The translations under genes were made by a program, and so were the position numbers. A model generated the notes under the pieces. The model saw only the letters and a list, made by a program, of their open reading frames with translations, did not search any database and was not told the origin of the DNA. This document shows positions 16,006-25,588 of a DNA stretch of 25,588 nt, in pieces. Within the stretch, counting starts at the first letter, position 1; every line of letters starts with the position of its first letter. Origin of the DNA: a virus (Duplodnaviria; Caudoviricetes); the IMG/VR virus record IMGVR_UViG_3300038809_000005, positions 1 through 25,588 of that record; one strand, written 5' to 3'.

Positions 16006-16608
16006 ATGAATACCCCATGGCCTTTGTACTCTGGCAATAACGAAGTCGTTAATGCCATCGATATCACCTCGGTTAAGCAGTTAGACACCGGCTACGGTGA
16101 AATCACACCAACGAACAGCTTCCCGGTAGTAACAGTCACTAACGATTTCATGCAGCAATATCGGCCAGTAGCTACCGGTTATCTGGTCAGCCGCACAGGC
16201 GGCCCGATGTTCTACATGAGCAAGTCAGCGTTTGAAGCTGTTTACACCAAAAATGGTACCGGCGCAGCCTGGGCAGATATCACCGGTAAGCCTGCGACAT
16301 TCGCACCAACCATCGGCACGACTGCCACCACAGCAATGGCCGGTAACAAGGTGCCGACATCAACCGATCGCGGTGGCGTACTACAACAAACAGCTATTGT
16401 TGCCATCACTGACTCATCTGGTGGCACATCAGGCGGTAACACGGTCGCAGCCGTTCCTGCAGCCGCAGCAGCAACTACAGATACATCCGCTGCGTCTCTG
16501 GCTTCAACCAACGCAGCTATCACGGCAATCAAGAACGATTTCGCCACGCTATCGGCTAAGTACAACGCATTGCTGGCAGCAGTTAAAGCAGCTGGTATCA
16601 CGGCATAG
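16006..16608 (+). CDS. Dec-like capsid decoration protein with extended C-terminus
   Basis: WPLY...GYL...YMSKSAFEAVYT matches the recalled phage L Dec N-terminal domain (WPLY...GYL...YMSKTAFEANYT); Ala/Thr-rich tail. Confidence 0.75.
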   Translation: MNTPWPLYSGNNEVVNAIDITSVKQLDTGYGEITPTNSFPVVTVTNDFMQQYRPVATGYLVSRTGGPMFYMSKSAFEAVYTKNGTGAAWADITGKPATFAPTIGTTATTAMAGNKVPTSTDRGGVLQQTAIVAITDSSGGTSGGNTVAAVPAAAAATTDTSAASLASTNAAITAIKNDFATLSAKYNALLAAVKAAGITA

Positions 16609-16616
16609 GGTGAAGA

Positions 16617-16724
16617 ATGAAATCTCCGTCAAGAGTCATTAGTAAGAAAAAACCTAGCCCCAAGAATGACCCGAATAAGCCCGATGGGATTCGCGGGAAG
16701 AAAAAAACGCCAAAGGCGAAATAA
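16617..16724 (+). CDS. putative small lysine-rich protein (35 aa)
   Basis: MKSPSRVISKKKPSPKNDPNKPDGIRGKKKTPKAK; weak GGTG RBS; fills the gap. Confidence 0.4.
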   Translation: MKSPSRVISKKKPSPKNDPNKPDGIRGKKKTPKAK

Positions 16725-16726
16725 CC

Positions 16727-16763
16727 AATTACACAGCCTATTCACTGAGTGGGCTGGATAATG
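16727..16763 (+). repeat. intergenic hairpin element, copy B
   Basis: AATTA-CA-CAGCCTATTC-ACT-GAGTGGGCTG-GA-TAATG. Confidence 0.7.
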
Positions 16764-16782
16764 AGTTAACGAGGATAGAGAA

Positions 16783-17160
16783 ATGGCGCTCAAAGCGACA
16801 AAAGAACTTAAGGTGCCGCTTTATGGCGTGAGAGTCATCATCTTCTCTACCAAGGAGGCCGGGGATAAGTTTCTTGGCTATGAGAGCATAGATACCAACT
16901 ATTCAGCCATGGTTAGCGTGCTTAAGTGCTCAAAAGGAATTGACTACATCGCTATTACCTTTAGAGGGCTAGAAGAATATTGCAGCGAGACATTAACCCA
17001 TGAGTGCGTACACGCAGCATGGCGAATACTTGAACTCGTTGGCATAACTGCTTCAGTAGATAACCAAGAACCACTGGCATATTTGGCCGGATGGCTATCT
17101 CGCCAAGTGAATAACTTCATGATGAGCCATATCGAACAGCAGAAAAAAATACAGGGGTAG
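16783..17160 (+). CDS. small HExxH-motif protein (putative zinc metallopeptidase fold)
   Basis: [10 protein letters not shown]...EPLAY. Confidence 0.7.
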   Translation: MALKATKELKVPLYGVRVIIFSTKEAGDKFLGYESIDTNYSAMVSVLKCSKGIDYIAITFRGLEEYCSETLTHECVHAAWRILELVGITASVDNQEPLAYLAGWLSRQVNNFMMSHIEQQKKIQG

Positions 17161-17164
17161 GACA

Positions 17165-17653
17165 ATGGCAGCACCGAAGGGTAACCGATTCTGGGAGGCC
17201 CGCAGTAGTCACGGGCGCAACCCGATATTTGGTTCACCTGATGAGCTGTGGTCAGCATGCACAGAATACTTTGACTGGATAGAAGACAATCCACTCTACG
17301 AAACGAAGGCGTTTGCATTCCAAGGGGTGGTGACGCAAGAGGCTATCCCGAAGATGCGAGCAATGACCATCATTGGGCTGTGCTTGTTCCTCGATATAGA
17401 CCGCTCCACATGGTACGCGCTCAAAGCAAAAGAAGGCTTTTCCGACATCACGACGCGAGCGGAAGAGGTTATCTACAACCAGAAGTTCTCTGGCGCAGCC
17501 GCCGACCTACTGAACGCAAACATCATCGCCCGTGACTTGGGCCTCAAAGAGCAGTCGCAAGTTGAAGACGTGACACCTGATAAGGGAGATCGCGATAAGC
17601 GCCGCTCTCGGATTAAGGAGTTACTCAACCGTGGTGGAAGAAGCGATCCTTGA
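17165..17653 (+). CDS. terminase small subunit (P22 gp3-like)
   Basis: [20 protein letters not shown]...[22 protein letters not shown] as in P22 gp3. Confidence 0.96.
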   Translation: MAAPKGNRFWEARSSHGRNPIFGSPDELWSACTEYFDWIEDNPLYETKAFAFQGVVTQEAIPKMRAMTIIGLCLFLDIDRSTWYALKAKEGFSDITTRAEEVIYNQKFSGAAADLLNANIIARDLGLKEQSQVEDVTPDKGDRDKRRSRIKELLNRGGRSDP

Positions 17654-19130
17654 TGACCTGACAGAAGACGAGCAGATAGAGTTGCTTGAGCTTCTAGAGG
17701 CCGAAGCGGACTACAAGAACACGCATCAGCTTTATGACTTCACGCCCTACGGTAAGCAGAGAGAGTTCATTGAGGCTGGTGCAGATTACCCTGAGCGCTG
17801 CTTTATGGCCGGCAACCAGTTGGGCAAGTCATTCACTGGCGGGGCGGAAGTTGCATTCCACCTCACCGGCAGATACCCAGGCACCGCTGGCTATCCAAAC
17901 GATGGTGCATGGCAGGGTGATTGGGGTGGAAAGAGATTCCATGAGCCCGTTGTTTTCTGGGTAGGCGGCGAGACTAACGAAACCGTAACCAAAACAACTC
18001 AGCGCATTCTCTGTGGTCGTATCGAAGAGAACAATGAACCGGGCTTCGGTTCGATCCCAAAAGAAGACGTGATCAGTTGGAAGAAGTCCCCATTCTTCCC
18101 GAACCTTGTTGACCATCTGCTTGTAAGGCACCACAACGCCGATGGCGCTGAAGATGGCATGTCCATCTGCTATTTCAAGCCGTACTCGCAAGGCCGCGCT
18201 CGCTGGCAGGGCGACACAATTCACGGCGTCTGGTTCGATGAAGAGCCACCATACAGTATCTATGGCGAAGGCCTGACCCGTACAAACAAGTACGGCCAGT
18301 TCTCAATGCTGACGTTCACCCCTTTGATGGGGATGTCAGATGTCGTCACCAAGTTCATCAAGAACCCAAGCAAGGCTCAGAAGGTTGTCACCATGACAAT
18401 CTACGACGCCGACCACTACACCGAAGAGCAGAAAGAGCAGATAGTCGCTTCATACCCGGAACATGAAAGGGAGGCCAGAGCCAGAGGCATACCAACCATG
18501 GGCAGTGGGCGTATCTTCCAAATCCCTGAAGAAACCATTAAGTGCCAGCCTTTCGAATGCCCTGATCACTTCTATGTTATCAACGCAATGGACTTCGGGT
18601 GGGATCACCCACAGGCGCAAATACAGATCTGGTGGGATAAGGATGAAGATGTCATCTACGTATCGAGAACTTGGAAGCAGAAAGAGAAGACTGCTACTGA
18701 GGCGTGGAGCGCTGTCAAAGCATGGAGTTCCAAGATACCTACCGCGTGGCCACACGATGGCAACCAGCACGAGAAGGGAGGCGGCGAGCAACTGAAAGAA
18801 CAGTACGCGGATGCTGGCTTCACCATGCTGAAAGAGCACGCCACTTGGCCTGATGGTGGTAACGCTGTAGAGCCTGGCATCGTAGAGATACGCGACATGA
18901 TGCTCGAAGGCCGGTTCAAAGTGTTCAACACCTGCGAGCCTTTCTTCGAAGAGTTCCGCCTCTACCATCGCGATGAAAACGGCAAGATAGTTAAGATCAA
19001 CGACGACGTTCTCTCTGCAGTTAGATACGGATACATGATGCGCCGCTTCGCCAAGATGATGCGCGACATCAAGAAGCCAAAAGAAAAGAAAATGCCCGCC
19101 CCAATTAAGCCGATTCCACGAGGTAGATAA
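17631..19130 (+). CDS. terminase large subunit (P22 gp2-like)
   Basis: 499 aa; AGNQLGKS Walker A, WFDEE Walker B, DFGWDHP nuclease motif. Confidence 0.96.
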   Translation: MVEEAILDDLTEDEQIELLELLEAEADYKNTHQLYDFTPYGKQREFIEAGADYPERCFMAGNQLGKSFTGGAEVAFHLTGRYPGTAGYPNDGAWQGDWGGKRFHEPVVFWVGGETNETVTKTTQRILCGRIEENNEPGFGSIPKEDVISWKKSPFFPNLVDHLLVRHHNADGAEDGMSICYFKPYSQGRARWQGDTIHGVWFDEEPPYSIYGEGLTRTNKYGQFSMLTFTPLMGMSDVVTKFIKNPSKAQKVVTMTIYDADHYTEEQKEQIVASYPEHEREARARGIPTMGSGRIFQIPEETIKCQPFECPDHFYVINAMDFGWDHPQAQIQIWWDKDEDVIYVSRTWKQKEKTATEAWSAVKAWSSKIPTAWPHDGNQHEKGGGEQLKEQYADAGFTMLKEHATWPDGGNAVEPGIVEIRDMMLEGRFKVFNTCEPFFEEFRLYHRDENGKIVKINDDVLSAVRYGYMMRRFAKMMRDIKKPKEKKMPAPIKPIPRGR

Positions 19131-21295
19131 TGGCTGACGATGACAAGCTGCAAGCAATCCTGACGCTGTTTGATCGGGATTGGATGTCTAGCGATGAAGC
19201 CAGAACCGAAGCGACCAACGACCTTTTCTTTAGTCGGATATCGCAGTGGGATGACTGGCTGAACCAATACACAACGCTTCAATACCGCGGTCAGTTTGAT
19301 GTGGTACGCCCGGTAGTGCGTAAACTAGTCGCAGAGATGCGACAGAACCCGATTGATGTCTTGTATCGGCCGAAGGATGGAGCGCCACCAGACTCCGCTG
19401 ACACGCTTATGGGTATGTATCGCACTGACATGCGGCACAACTCAGCCAAGATTGCCGTTAACATCGCGGTGCGTGAGCAGATAGAAGCCGGTTACGGCGC
19501 CTGGCGCATTGTTACCGAGCACGAAGACCAAGACCCGACCAGCAACAACCAGGTGATCCGGCGCATACCGATTCACGAGGCATCGTCTCACGTCATCTGG
19601 GACAGCAATAGCAAGCTGATGGACAAGTCCGATGCCAAGCATGTGACGGTCATCCAGCCATTGAGCATTGCAGGCTGGGAATCGTTCGCCGCTGATTATG
19701 GCTTTGACGCTGACAATCTTCCTGACTTCCAGAGCCCGGACAGCAACTGGCTATTCCCATGGCTGAATAAGGATGTCGTCTATGTCGGCGAGTTCTACGA
19801 GGTCGAAGAGAAGAAAGAGACGGTATTCATCTACCAAGACCCATTTGGTGGTGAGCCGGTTAGCTACTTCAAGCGAGACATCAATGATGTAATCGACGAA
19901 CTAGCAGAGTCTGGCATGGTAAAGGTCGGTGAGCGCAAGGTTAAGCGCTGCCGCGTCTACAAGACAATTCTCACCAGTTCGACAATCCTCAAATCACGTG
20001 AGCTGATCGCCGGTGAGCATCTTCCAATCGTGCCGGTATATGGCGAGTGGGGATTTGCTGGTGACAAAGAGGTTTTCGAGGGCGTTGTCAGGCTGACGAA
20101 AGACGGCCAGCGCCTGCGCAATATGATTATGAGCTTCAACGCCGACACGGTAGCCAGAACTCCGAAGAAGAAACCATTCTTCTGGCCTGAGCAAATCGCC
20201 GGTTACGAGCACATGTATAGCGGCACGGATGATTACCCTTATTACCTCGTCAATCGCACTGACGAAAACAATGGTGATCTGCCTGCGCAACCAATCGCCT
20301 ACATGGAGAACCCGGAAGTATCGCAAGCCAGCGCTTACATGCTGGAAGCCGCCACCAACGCAGTTAAAGAGGTGTCACAGCTCGGCGTTGATTCTGACGC
20401 AGCAAATGGGCAAGTAGCATTCGATACTGTTAATCAGTTGAACATGCGTGCCGACCTATCGACGTATGTGTTCCAGGACAACCTGGCCACTGCAATGCGC
20501 CGCGACGGGCAGATCTACGCCTCCATGGTTAACGATATCTACGACGTTCCACGTACCGTAATGACCACGCTACCCGATGGCAGTGAAAAAGACGTGCAGC
20601 TTATGTCCGAGGTTATCGACTACCAAACCGGGCAGTCAGTTGTGCTGAACGATGTGCGCGGCCGGTATGAAACTTATACCGATGTTGGCCCATCATTCCA
20701 GAGCATGAAGAGCCAGAACCGCGCAGAGATACTTGAGCTGCTCGCTAAGGTTCCACAGGGTACGCCTGAGTTCCAAATGCTCATGCTGCAGTACTTCACG
20801 CTACTGGACGGTAAGGGTGTGGAAATCATGCGCGAGTACGCCAACAAGCAGCTCGTTACCATGGGCCTCAAGAAGCCTGAGACACCTGAAGAAATTCAGA
20901 TGGTTCAACAGGCTCAGCAACAACCGCAAGAGCCGAGCCCGGAAATGGTTCAGGCTCAGGGCGTATTGCTTACCGGACAAGCCGATCTGCAGAAAGCTCA
21001 GAATGACCAAGCTCGCATTCAAGTTGATGCGTTCAAGGCCCAAACAGATTACCAGGTGGCCGCAGCGAAAGTGGTGCAGCTTCTTGCATCCGCTGACAGC
21101 ACTAAGAAACAAGATGTTCTCTCCGCGCTTAAGTTGCTCGGAGAGTTCCAGAATAAGCAGGGTGACGCCGCCCGCGCTGACGCTGAGCTTGTCCTAAAAG
21201 GCCAAGACCAACTCCATTCAAAACGCATGGACCTCACCAGTCTCATGCAGCAAGCAAACAACCCCTCCGGCGGAGTAGCCGAGATTCCTCAATAA
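19130..21295 (+). CDS. portal protein (P22 gp1-like)
   Basis: 721 aa; SQWDDWL...[17 protein letters not shown]; Gln-rich barrel tail. Confidence 0.96.
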   Translation: MADDDKLQAILTLFDRDWMSSDEARTEATNDLFFSRISQWDDWLNQYTTLQYRGQFDVVRPVVRKLVAEMRQNPIDVLYRPKDGAPPDSADTLMGMYRTDMRHNSAKIAVNIAVREQIEAGYGAWRIVTEHEDQDPTSNNQVIRRIPIHEASSHVIWDSNSKLMDKSDAKHVTVIQPLSIAGWESFAADYGFDADNLPDFQSPDSNWLFPWLNKDVVYVGEFYEVEEKKETVFIYQDPFGGEPVSYFKRDINDVIDELAESGMVKVGERKVKRCRVYKTILTSSTILKSRELIAGEHLPIVPVYGEWGFAGDKEVFEGVVRLTKDGQRLRNMIMSFNADTVARTPKKKPFFWPEQIAGYEHMYSGTDDYPYYLVNRTDENNGDLPAQPIAYMENPEVSQASAYMLEAATNAVKEVSQLGVDSDAANGQVAFDTVNQLNMRADLSTYVFQDNLATAMRRDGQIYASMVNDIYDVPRTVMTTLPDGSEKDVQLMSEVIDYQTGQSVVLNDVRGRYETYTDVGPSFQSMKSQNRAEILELLAKVPQGTPEFQMLMLQYFTLLDGKGVEIMREYANKQLVTMGLKKPETPEEIQMVQQAQQQPQEPSPEMVQAQGVLLTGQADLQKAQNDQARIQVDAFKAQTDYQVAAAKVVQLLASADSTKKQDVLSALKLLGEFQNKQGDAARADAELVLKGQDQLHSKRMDLTSLMQQANNPSGGVAEIPQ

Positions 21296-21308
21296 GAGAG
21301 AGCTAAAC

Positions 21309-22217
21309 ATGTCAGACACCAACGAAATTCAGGTAACTGAAGAACAATCCCTGCCCGTTAATCAGCAGGCGGCACCTGCAGTTAATCAGCCAAATATTAA
21401 TGCCAACAATGGCGAAGGGCACGAAGAGGGCTTTGAGATTGTCCTGAGTGGCGATGAGAAACCGAAACAAGACCCGGCAACCAACGCACAATTCGCAGCA
21501 AAGCGTCTGGAGCGCAAGCGTCAACGTGAGCTTGAGCAACAGATGGAATCTGTGAAGCGTGGTGAGGTGCCGGAGAACCTACGGGTTACTCCTGATTTAC
21601 CGAAGCAGCCAGACGTGAACGACTTCCTGTCGGATGAAGCGCTAGCCAAGTACGACTATGACCAGTCACGCGCCCTAGCAGCTTTTAGCGCCGCTAATAG
21701 CGATTGGCAGATCAAGGCTATGGATGCTCGTAGCAATGGTGTAGCTGAGCAAGGCCGCAAGATTCAGGAGTACACCCAGCAATCAGCGCGTTATGCCGAT
21801 GCAGCCCGTCAACACTATGACGCCGCGGAGAAACTCAACATTCCTGACTACCAGGATAAAGAGGATGCATTCATGCAGTTGGTGCCGCCGCAAGTCGGTG
21901 CCGACATCATGTCGCTATTCCCTGAGAAATCCGCTGCGCTTATCTACCACCTGGGCGCAAACCCAGAGAAAGCCCGCCAATTATTGGCGATGAACGGGCA
22001 GCAAGCGCTGATTGAACTCACTCGGCTATCAGAACGTTTAACTCTCAAACCTCGCGGTAAACAAATCTCCGGCGCACCGGCAGTTGATGAGCCTATTCAG
22101 GGTTCTGTCACTGCAGCAAACGTTGCATCTCTCCAGAAGAAAATGGAAGAGGCGGCCAGCAAGGGTGACACGGAAACTTACCGCAAGATAAAAAATCAGA
22201 TTAAAGGAATCAAATAA
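21309..22217 (+). CDS. scaffolding protein (P22 gp8-like)
   Basis: 302 aa; C-terminal AASKGDTETYRKIK coat-binding helix. Confidence 0.95.
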   Translation: MSDTNEIQVTEEQSLPVNQQAAPAVNQPNINANNGEGHEEGFEIVLSGDEKPKQDPATNAQFAAKRLERKRQRELEQQMESVKRGEVPENLRVTPDLPKQPDVNDFLSDEALAKYDYDQSRALAAFSAANSDWQIKAMDARSNGVAEQGRKIQEYTQQSARYADAARQHYDAAEKLNIPDYQDKEDAFMQLVPPQVGADIMSLFPEKSAALIYHLGANPEKARQLLAMNGQQALIELTRLSERLTLKPRGKQISGAPAVDEPIQGSVTAANVASLQKKMEEAASKGDTETYRKIKNQIKGIK

Positions 22218-22244
22218 TGTCTTGGCACAATAAGTGCCATTTGA

Positions 22245-22781
22245 TTACTCGTTAGGTATCCCGTGTAAATCACGGAATTTAGTTATTGCCTCAATAGCTT
22301 CATCAAGGGTGTGGAATGTCCTTTGGAATTTAGCATCCTTGCATTGCGATGTGGCGACCCACTTATTCCGTGAGTTACACCAGAAAACCCCCTTGGCCCC
22401 GCTTTGGTTATTTTTCTGAGCGCCAATGTTTTTCTGGTTCTGGTTTCTCTTAACGCATCGAAGGTTTTCGATTCTGTTGTCATTTCTATCTCTGTTTACG
22501 TGGTCAATCTCATAACCTCTGGGAATCTCGCCTTTTAACATAGTCCAAACAATTCTGTGCTCACTCAGCTTTTTCTCAAAAAGCTTGATCCTGACGTACC
22601 CGTTGTTTTCTATGTGACCGGCATGGTTACCGGCGTTTTTTTTGTTCCACACCTTAAACTGAGTAGCGTCAACAGCAGTTCCTATCCCTTCTATTTCTTT
22701 TACGAACATTGATATTGGCCGCTCTTTCCATATTAGTCCGCCATTGTCTTTGTCATAAATGAAGTAATCATGAAAGTTCAT
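22245..22781 (-). CDS. free-standing HNH endonuclease (HNH-3), antisense to the late operon
   Basis: EHRIVW...IDHVNRDRNDNRIENLR...NNQSGAKGVFW. Confidence 0.92.
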   Translation of the reverse strand: MNFHDYFIYDKDNGGLIWKERPISMFVKEIEGIGTAVDATQFKVWNKKNAGNHAGHIENNGYVRIKLFEKKLSEHRIVWTMLKGEIPRGYEIDHVNRDRNDNRIENLRCVKRNQNQKNIGAQKNNQSGAKGVFWCNSRNKWVATSQCKDAKFQRTFHTLDEAIEAITKFRDLHGIPNE

Positions 22782-22853
22782 TGTCTATTCCATCCAATAT
22801 TAATAATAAACATCATGATTTTATCATGTATGTTATCAAATAGGAACTAAACC

Positions 22854-24137
22854 ATGGCCCTAAATGAAGGACAGGTTATAACTTACATGGTCGATGAAAT
22901 TATCGAGACCGTGGAAAACCTCACTCCAATGGCTCAGCGCGTTGGTAAATACACCCCTCCTGCTGGTGACATGCAGCGTTCACAAAACACCGTGTGGATG
23001 CCGCTGGAACAAGAAGCACCAACTCAACAGGGTTGGGACTTGACCGGTCAGGCTACCGGTATCCTGGAACTGTCTGTTAAGTGCAACATGGGTGTACCGG
23101 ATAACGACTTCTTCAGTTTGCGTGCTGATGATCTGCGTGATGAGCGGTCTCTGCGTCGTCGCATCCAGGCATCTGGCCAGAAGTTGGCTAACAACGTGGA
23201 AACCTCGATCGCCAAGCAGGCTGTTGAGATGGGCTCGCTGGTAGTAACCAGTTCTGACCCCATTGGTTCGGCAACTACCGGCTGGGATTTCATCTCCGAA
23301 GCCGAGGCTCTTATTTTCTCTCGTGAGCTGAACCGCAGCTCTGGCCTGTCTTACTTCTTCAACCCGACCGATTATCGCGGGGCTGGTCAGGATTTGACCG
23401 GCAAAGACTTCTTCGGTCGCATTCCAGAAGACGCATACAAGTCAGGTACGATCCAGAAGCAGGTCGCAGGCTTTAACGATGTGCTGCGCTCTCCGAAGAT
23501 GCCAACCCTGCCAGCATCAACGGCGACCGGTATCACAGTAGCTGGCGCACAGAAGTTCAAGCCGCAGGCGTGGGTTGATGACACGGACGGTAACCGCGAG
23601 AACGTGGACAACCGCACTGCAGTGGTAACGCTGAGTTCCGGCACCGGTCTGAAGCGTGGCGACAAGATCTCCTTCACTGGCGTCAAGTTCCTGGCGCAGA
23701 TGGCTAAAAACGTGCTGACTCAGGACGCGACTTTCTCAGTCGTTGCCGTGAACGGTGCGCAGGTAACTATCACACCTAAGCCGATCGCCCTGGATGACAC
23801 GGCACTCCTGCCAGAAGAGAAGGCATATGCCAACGTGAACACCTCCCTGGCTAACACCATGGCAGTGAACATCCTGAACACCACGACCGCACAGTCAAAC
23901 GTGTTCTGGGCCGATGACTCCATTCGCCTGGTGTCTCAGCCGATCCCAATCAACCACGAGCTGTTCTCTGGCATGAAAACCCAGAGCTTCGCTATCCCTA
24001 ACGTTGGGATTAACGGTGTCGTAGCCTACCAAGGTGACATCAGCACGCTGACAGGCAAGTGCCGTATTGCATTGTGGTATGCGCCAACAGCGGTGCGCCC
24101 TGAAGCAATCGGCGTCGGTTTGGCAAATCAGGCATAA
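22854..24137 (+). CDS. major capsid (coat) protein (P22 gp5-like)
   Basis: [10 protein letters not shown]...[11 protein letters not shown]...RPEAIGVGL. Confidence 0.96.
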   Translation: MALNEGQVITYMVDEIIETVENLTPMAQRVGKYTPPAGDMQRSQNTVWMPLEQEAPTQQGWDLTGQATGILELSVKCNMGVPDNDFFSLRADDLRDERSLRRRIQASGQKLANNVETSIAKQAVEMGSLVVTSSDPIGSATTGWDFISEAEALIFSRELNRSSGLSYFFNPTDYRGAGQDLTGKDFFGRIPEDAYKSGTIQKQVAGFNDVLRSPKMPTLPASTATGITVAGAQKFKPQAWVDDTDGNRENVDNRTAVVTLSSGTGLKRGDKISFTGVKFLAQMAKNVLTQDATFSVVAVNGAQVTITPKPIALDDTALLPEEKAYANVNTSLANTMAVNILNTTTAQSNVFWADDSIRLVSQPIPINHELFSGMKTQSFAIPNVGINGVVAYQGDISTLTGKCRIALWYAPTAVRPEAIGVGLANQA

Positions 24138-24139
24138 CC

Positions 24140-24166
24140 AAAGGGGCTTCGGCCCCTTTCTTATTT
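24140..24166 (+). terminator. terminator after the coat gene
   Basis: AAAGGGGC-TTCG-GCCCCTTT then CTTATTT. Confidence 0.75.
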
Positions 24167-24176
24167 GGAGCAGAAC

Positions 24177-24402
<226 letters not shown>

Positions 24403-24425
<23 letters not shown>

Positions 24426-24909
24426 TTTGGTTAATGCGGCTCTGCGTAAAATCGGTATCGCATCCAATGCGACGCTGACCGACGTCGAGCCGCAATCAGT
24501 CGAGGATGCAGTGAACGACCTCGAAATGATGATGGCTGAATGGTACGAGGACGGCAACGGCATAGACGTTGGTTACCTATTCTCGGCTGATGATGTTGCG
24601 CCTGACCCAGGTGATGACCACGGCTTAAAGATCGGCCATCTCAGCGCCGTCTACCACAACCTGGCGGTACGCATTGCTCCTGATTACGTGATGGAGGCGA
24701 TGGGGAAGGTTGTCGCTACGGCACGCTACGGCAAAGAGCTTCTCGTAAAATCATCGGCTGCCGACAAAGCCAAGAAAGCCAAGGCTAAGGCTGGTTATCC
24801 AAATCGCATGCCAATTGGTTCAGGGAACAGACTGTTAACGCTGAACTGCCATAACTATTTCCACAATAGGGATGAAGATAATGCCGACGACTCAACTCCC
24901 CCTGGCTAA
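24403..24909 (+). CDS. head completion protein (P22 gp4-like)
   Basis: [28 protein letters not shown]...[11 protein letters not shown]. Confidence 0.94.
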
Positions 24910-24979
24910 AGGCCTCGGCAAAGATTACCGCAACGCAGATTACGTCGATCTGTTGCCGGTGAACATGCTGGCTTTGTGA
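24881..24979 (+). pseudogene. truncated 5' stub of gene 10 (32 codons)
   Basis: [32 protein letters not shown] matches the recalled P22 gp10 N-terminus (MPIQQLPMMKGMGKDFKNADYIDYLPVNMLATPK) up to NMLA, then stops. Confidence 0.85.
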
Positions 24980-25020
24980 TATAATAAGTTAATGATAAAT
25001 CTAAACATTATGGAGTAGAT

Positions 25021-25588
25021 ATGCTTTCTGAAAGTGCTAAAGATGTTCCTGGGTTTGAAGGTATTTATGCTGCCACCGAGGATGGAAAGGTCTACTCACA
25101 CTCAAGGGTGGTGAAGGCGGCATACGGGAAAACCCAGCTCAGAAAAGGCAGGTGGTTAAAGTTAAAAATCAACCAAGGAAGGGCTTATTACAATATTGGT
25201 GCTAAGTGGGTAGCAGCTCACAGAATTATTGCGTCAACATTTATTCCAAATCCAGAGAGCAAACCTCAAGTCAATCATATTGATGGCAACCCATTAAACA
25301 ATAGTGTAAGCAACCTTGAGTGGTGCACTCAGAGCGAAAACATAAAACATGCGTACGCAACCGGCCTTAAAAAGCCAATAAAGTTTCTTGGAGCTGACCA
25401 TCCAAACCACAAGCTAAGCGATAGTGATGTTCTTGAAATAAAGGCATCAAGTGAAAGCCTGTCGGTAATTGCCGCTAAGTTTGGGATATCTAAGACTTGG
25501 GCTGGTAAATTAAAGCGTAATGCGAACTGGGTTCACATAAAGGTAGATTCCAATGCCAATACAACAGCTACCGCTAATGAAGGGGTTA
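25021..25588 (+). CDS. NUMOD4-HNH homing endonuclease (HNH-4), runs off window
   Basis: Hand-translated: KDVPGFEGIY...GKVYS...AHRIIASTF...VNHIDGNPLNNSVSNLEWCTQSEN...KL...IAAKFGIS; GGAG RBS; no stop before the edge. Confidence 0.9.
   Translation, partial: MLSESAKDVPGFEGIYAATEDGKVYSHSRVVKAAYGKTQLRKGRWLKLKINQGRAYYNIGAKWVAAHRIIASTFIPNPESKPQVNHIDGNPLNNSVSNLEWCTQSENIKHAYATGLKKPIKFLGADHPNHKLSDSDVLEIKASSESLSVIAAKFGISKTWAGKLKRNANWVHIKVDSNANTTATANEGV
25553..25588 (+). CDS. start of intact gene 10 (tail hub, P22 gp10-like), partial
   Basis: MPIQQLPLMKGL with AAGGT RBS, overlapping the HNH-4 3' end in the +1 frame; only 12 codons are visible. Confidence 0.75.
   Translation, partial: MPIQQLPLMKGL

Noticed and set aside
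18450-19157. 235-aa antisense ORF and similar shadow ORFs across terminase, portal and coat
   Set aside because: Fully overlapped by well-supported genes on the other strand, with no recognisable motif.
24977-25552. Group I intron or intein in gene 10
   Set aside because: Only about 40 nt of non-coding sequence, an in-frame stop right at the junction, and a fresh gene 10 start with RBS downstream; no ribozyme core is visible.

Overview
The window is the central 25.6 kb of a P22-like (lambdoid, podovirus-type) enterobacterial phage or prophage. Left arm (minus strand): Ead/Ea22-like gene (cut by the window edge), an unknown gene, ssb, Sak/Rad52-like recombinase, kil-like, cIII, P22 gene 17-like and N. 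Immunity region: oL/pL, cI, oR/pR/pRM, cro, cII, with an uncharacterised two-gene cargo (DUF6978-like + DUF1828-like) in the slot lambda uses for rexAB. Right arm: O-type initiator with four iterons, DnaC-like loader, nin region with an adenine methyltransferase, phage-21-type Q and pR', pinholin/SAR endolysin/spanins, a gp49/66-family (possibly Acb4-like) gene, a Dec-like decoration protein, and P22 genes 3, 2, 1, 8, 5, 4 and the start of 10. Four free-standing HNH endonuclease genes are present. The most notable observations are (i) a P4 CI/P1 C4-like structured RNA candidate in front of one HNH gene, with a cis target and a possible trans target in a second HNH gene, (ii) an HNH inserted into gene 10 that leaves a dead 32-codon stub and supplies a replacement gene 10 start, (iii) the rex-position gene pair, and (iv) a recurring intergenic hairpin with compensatory base changes. 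All family assignments come from recalled motifs and synteny, not from database searches.
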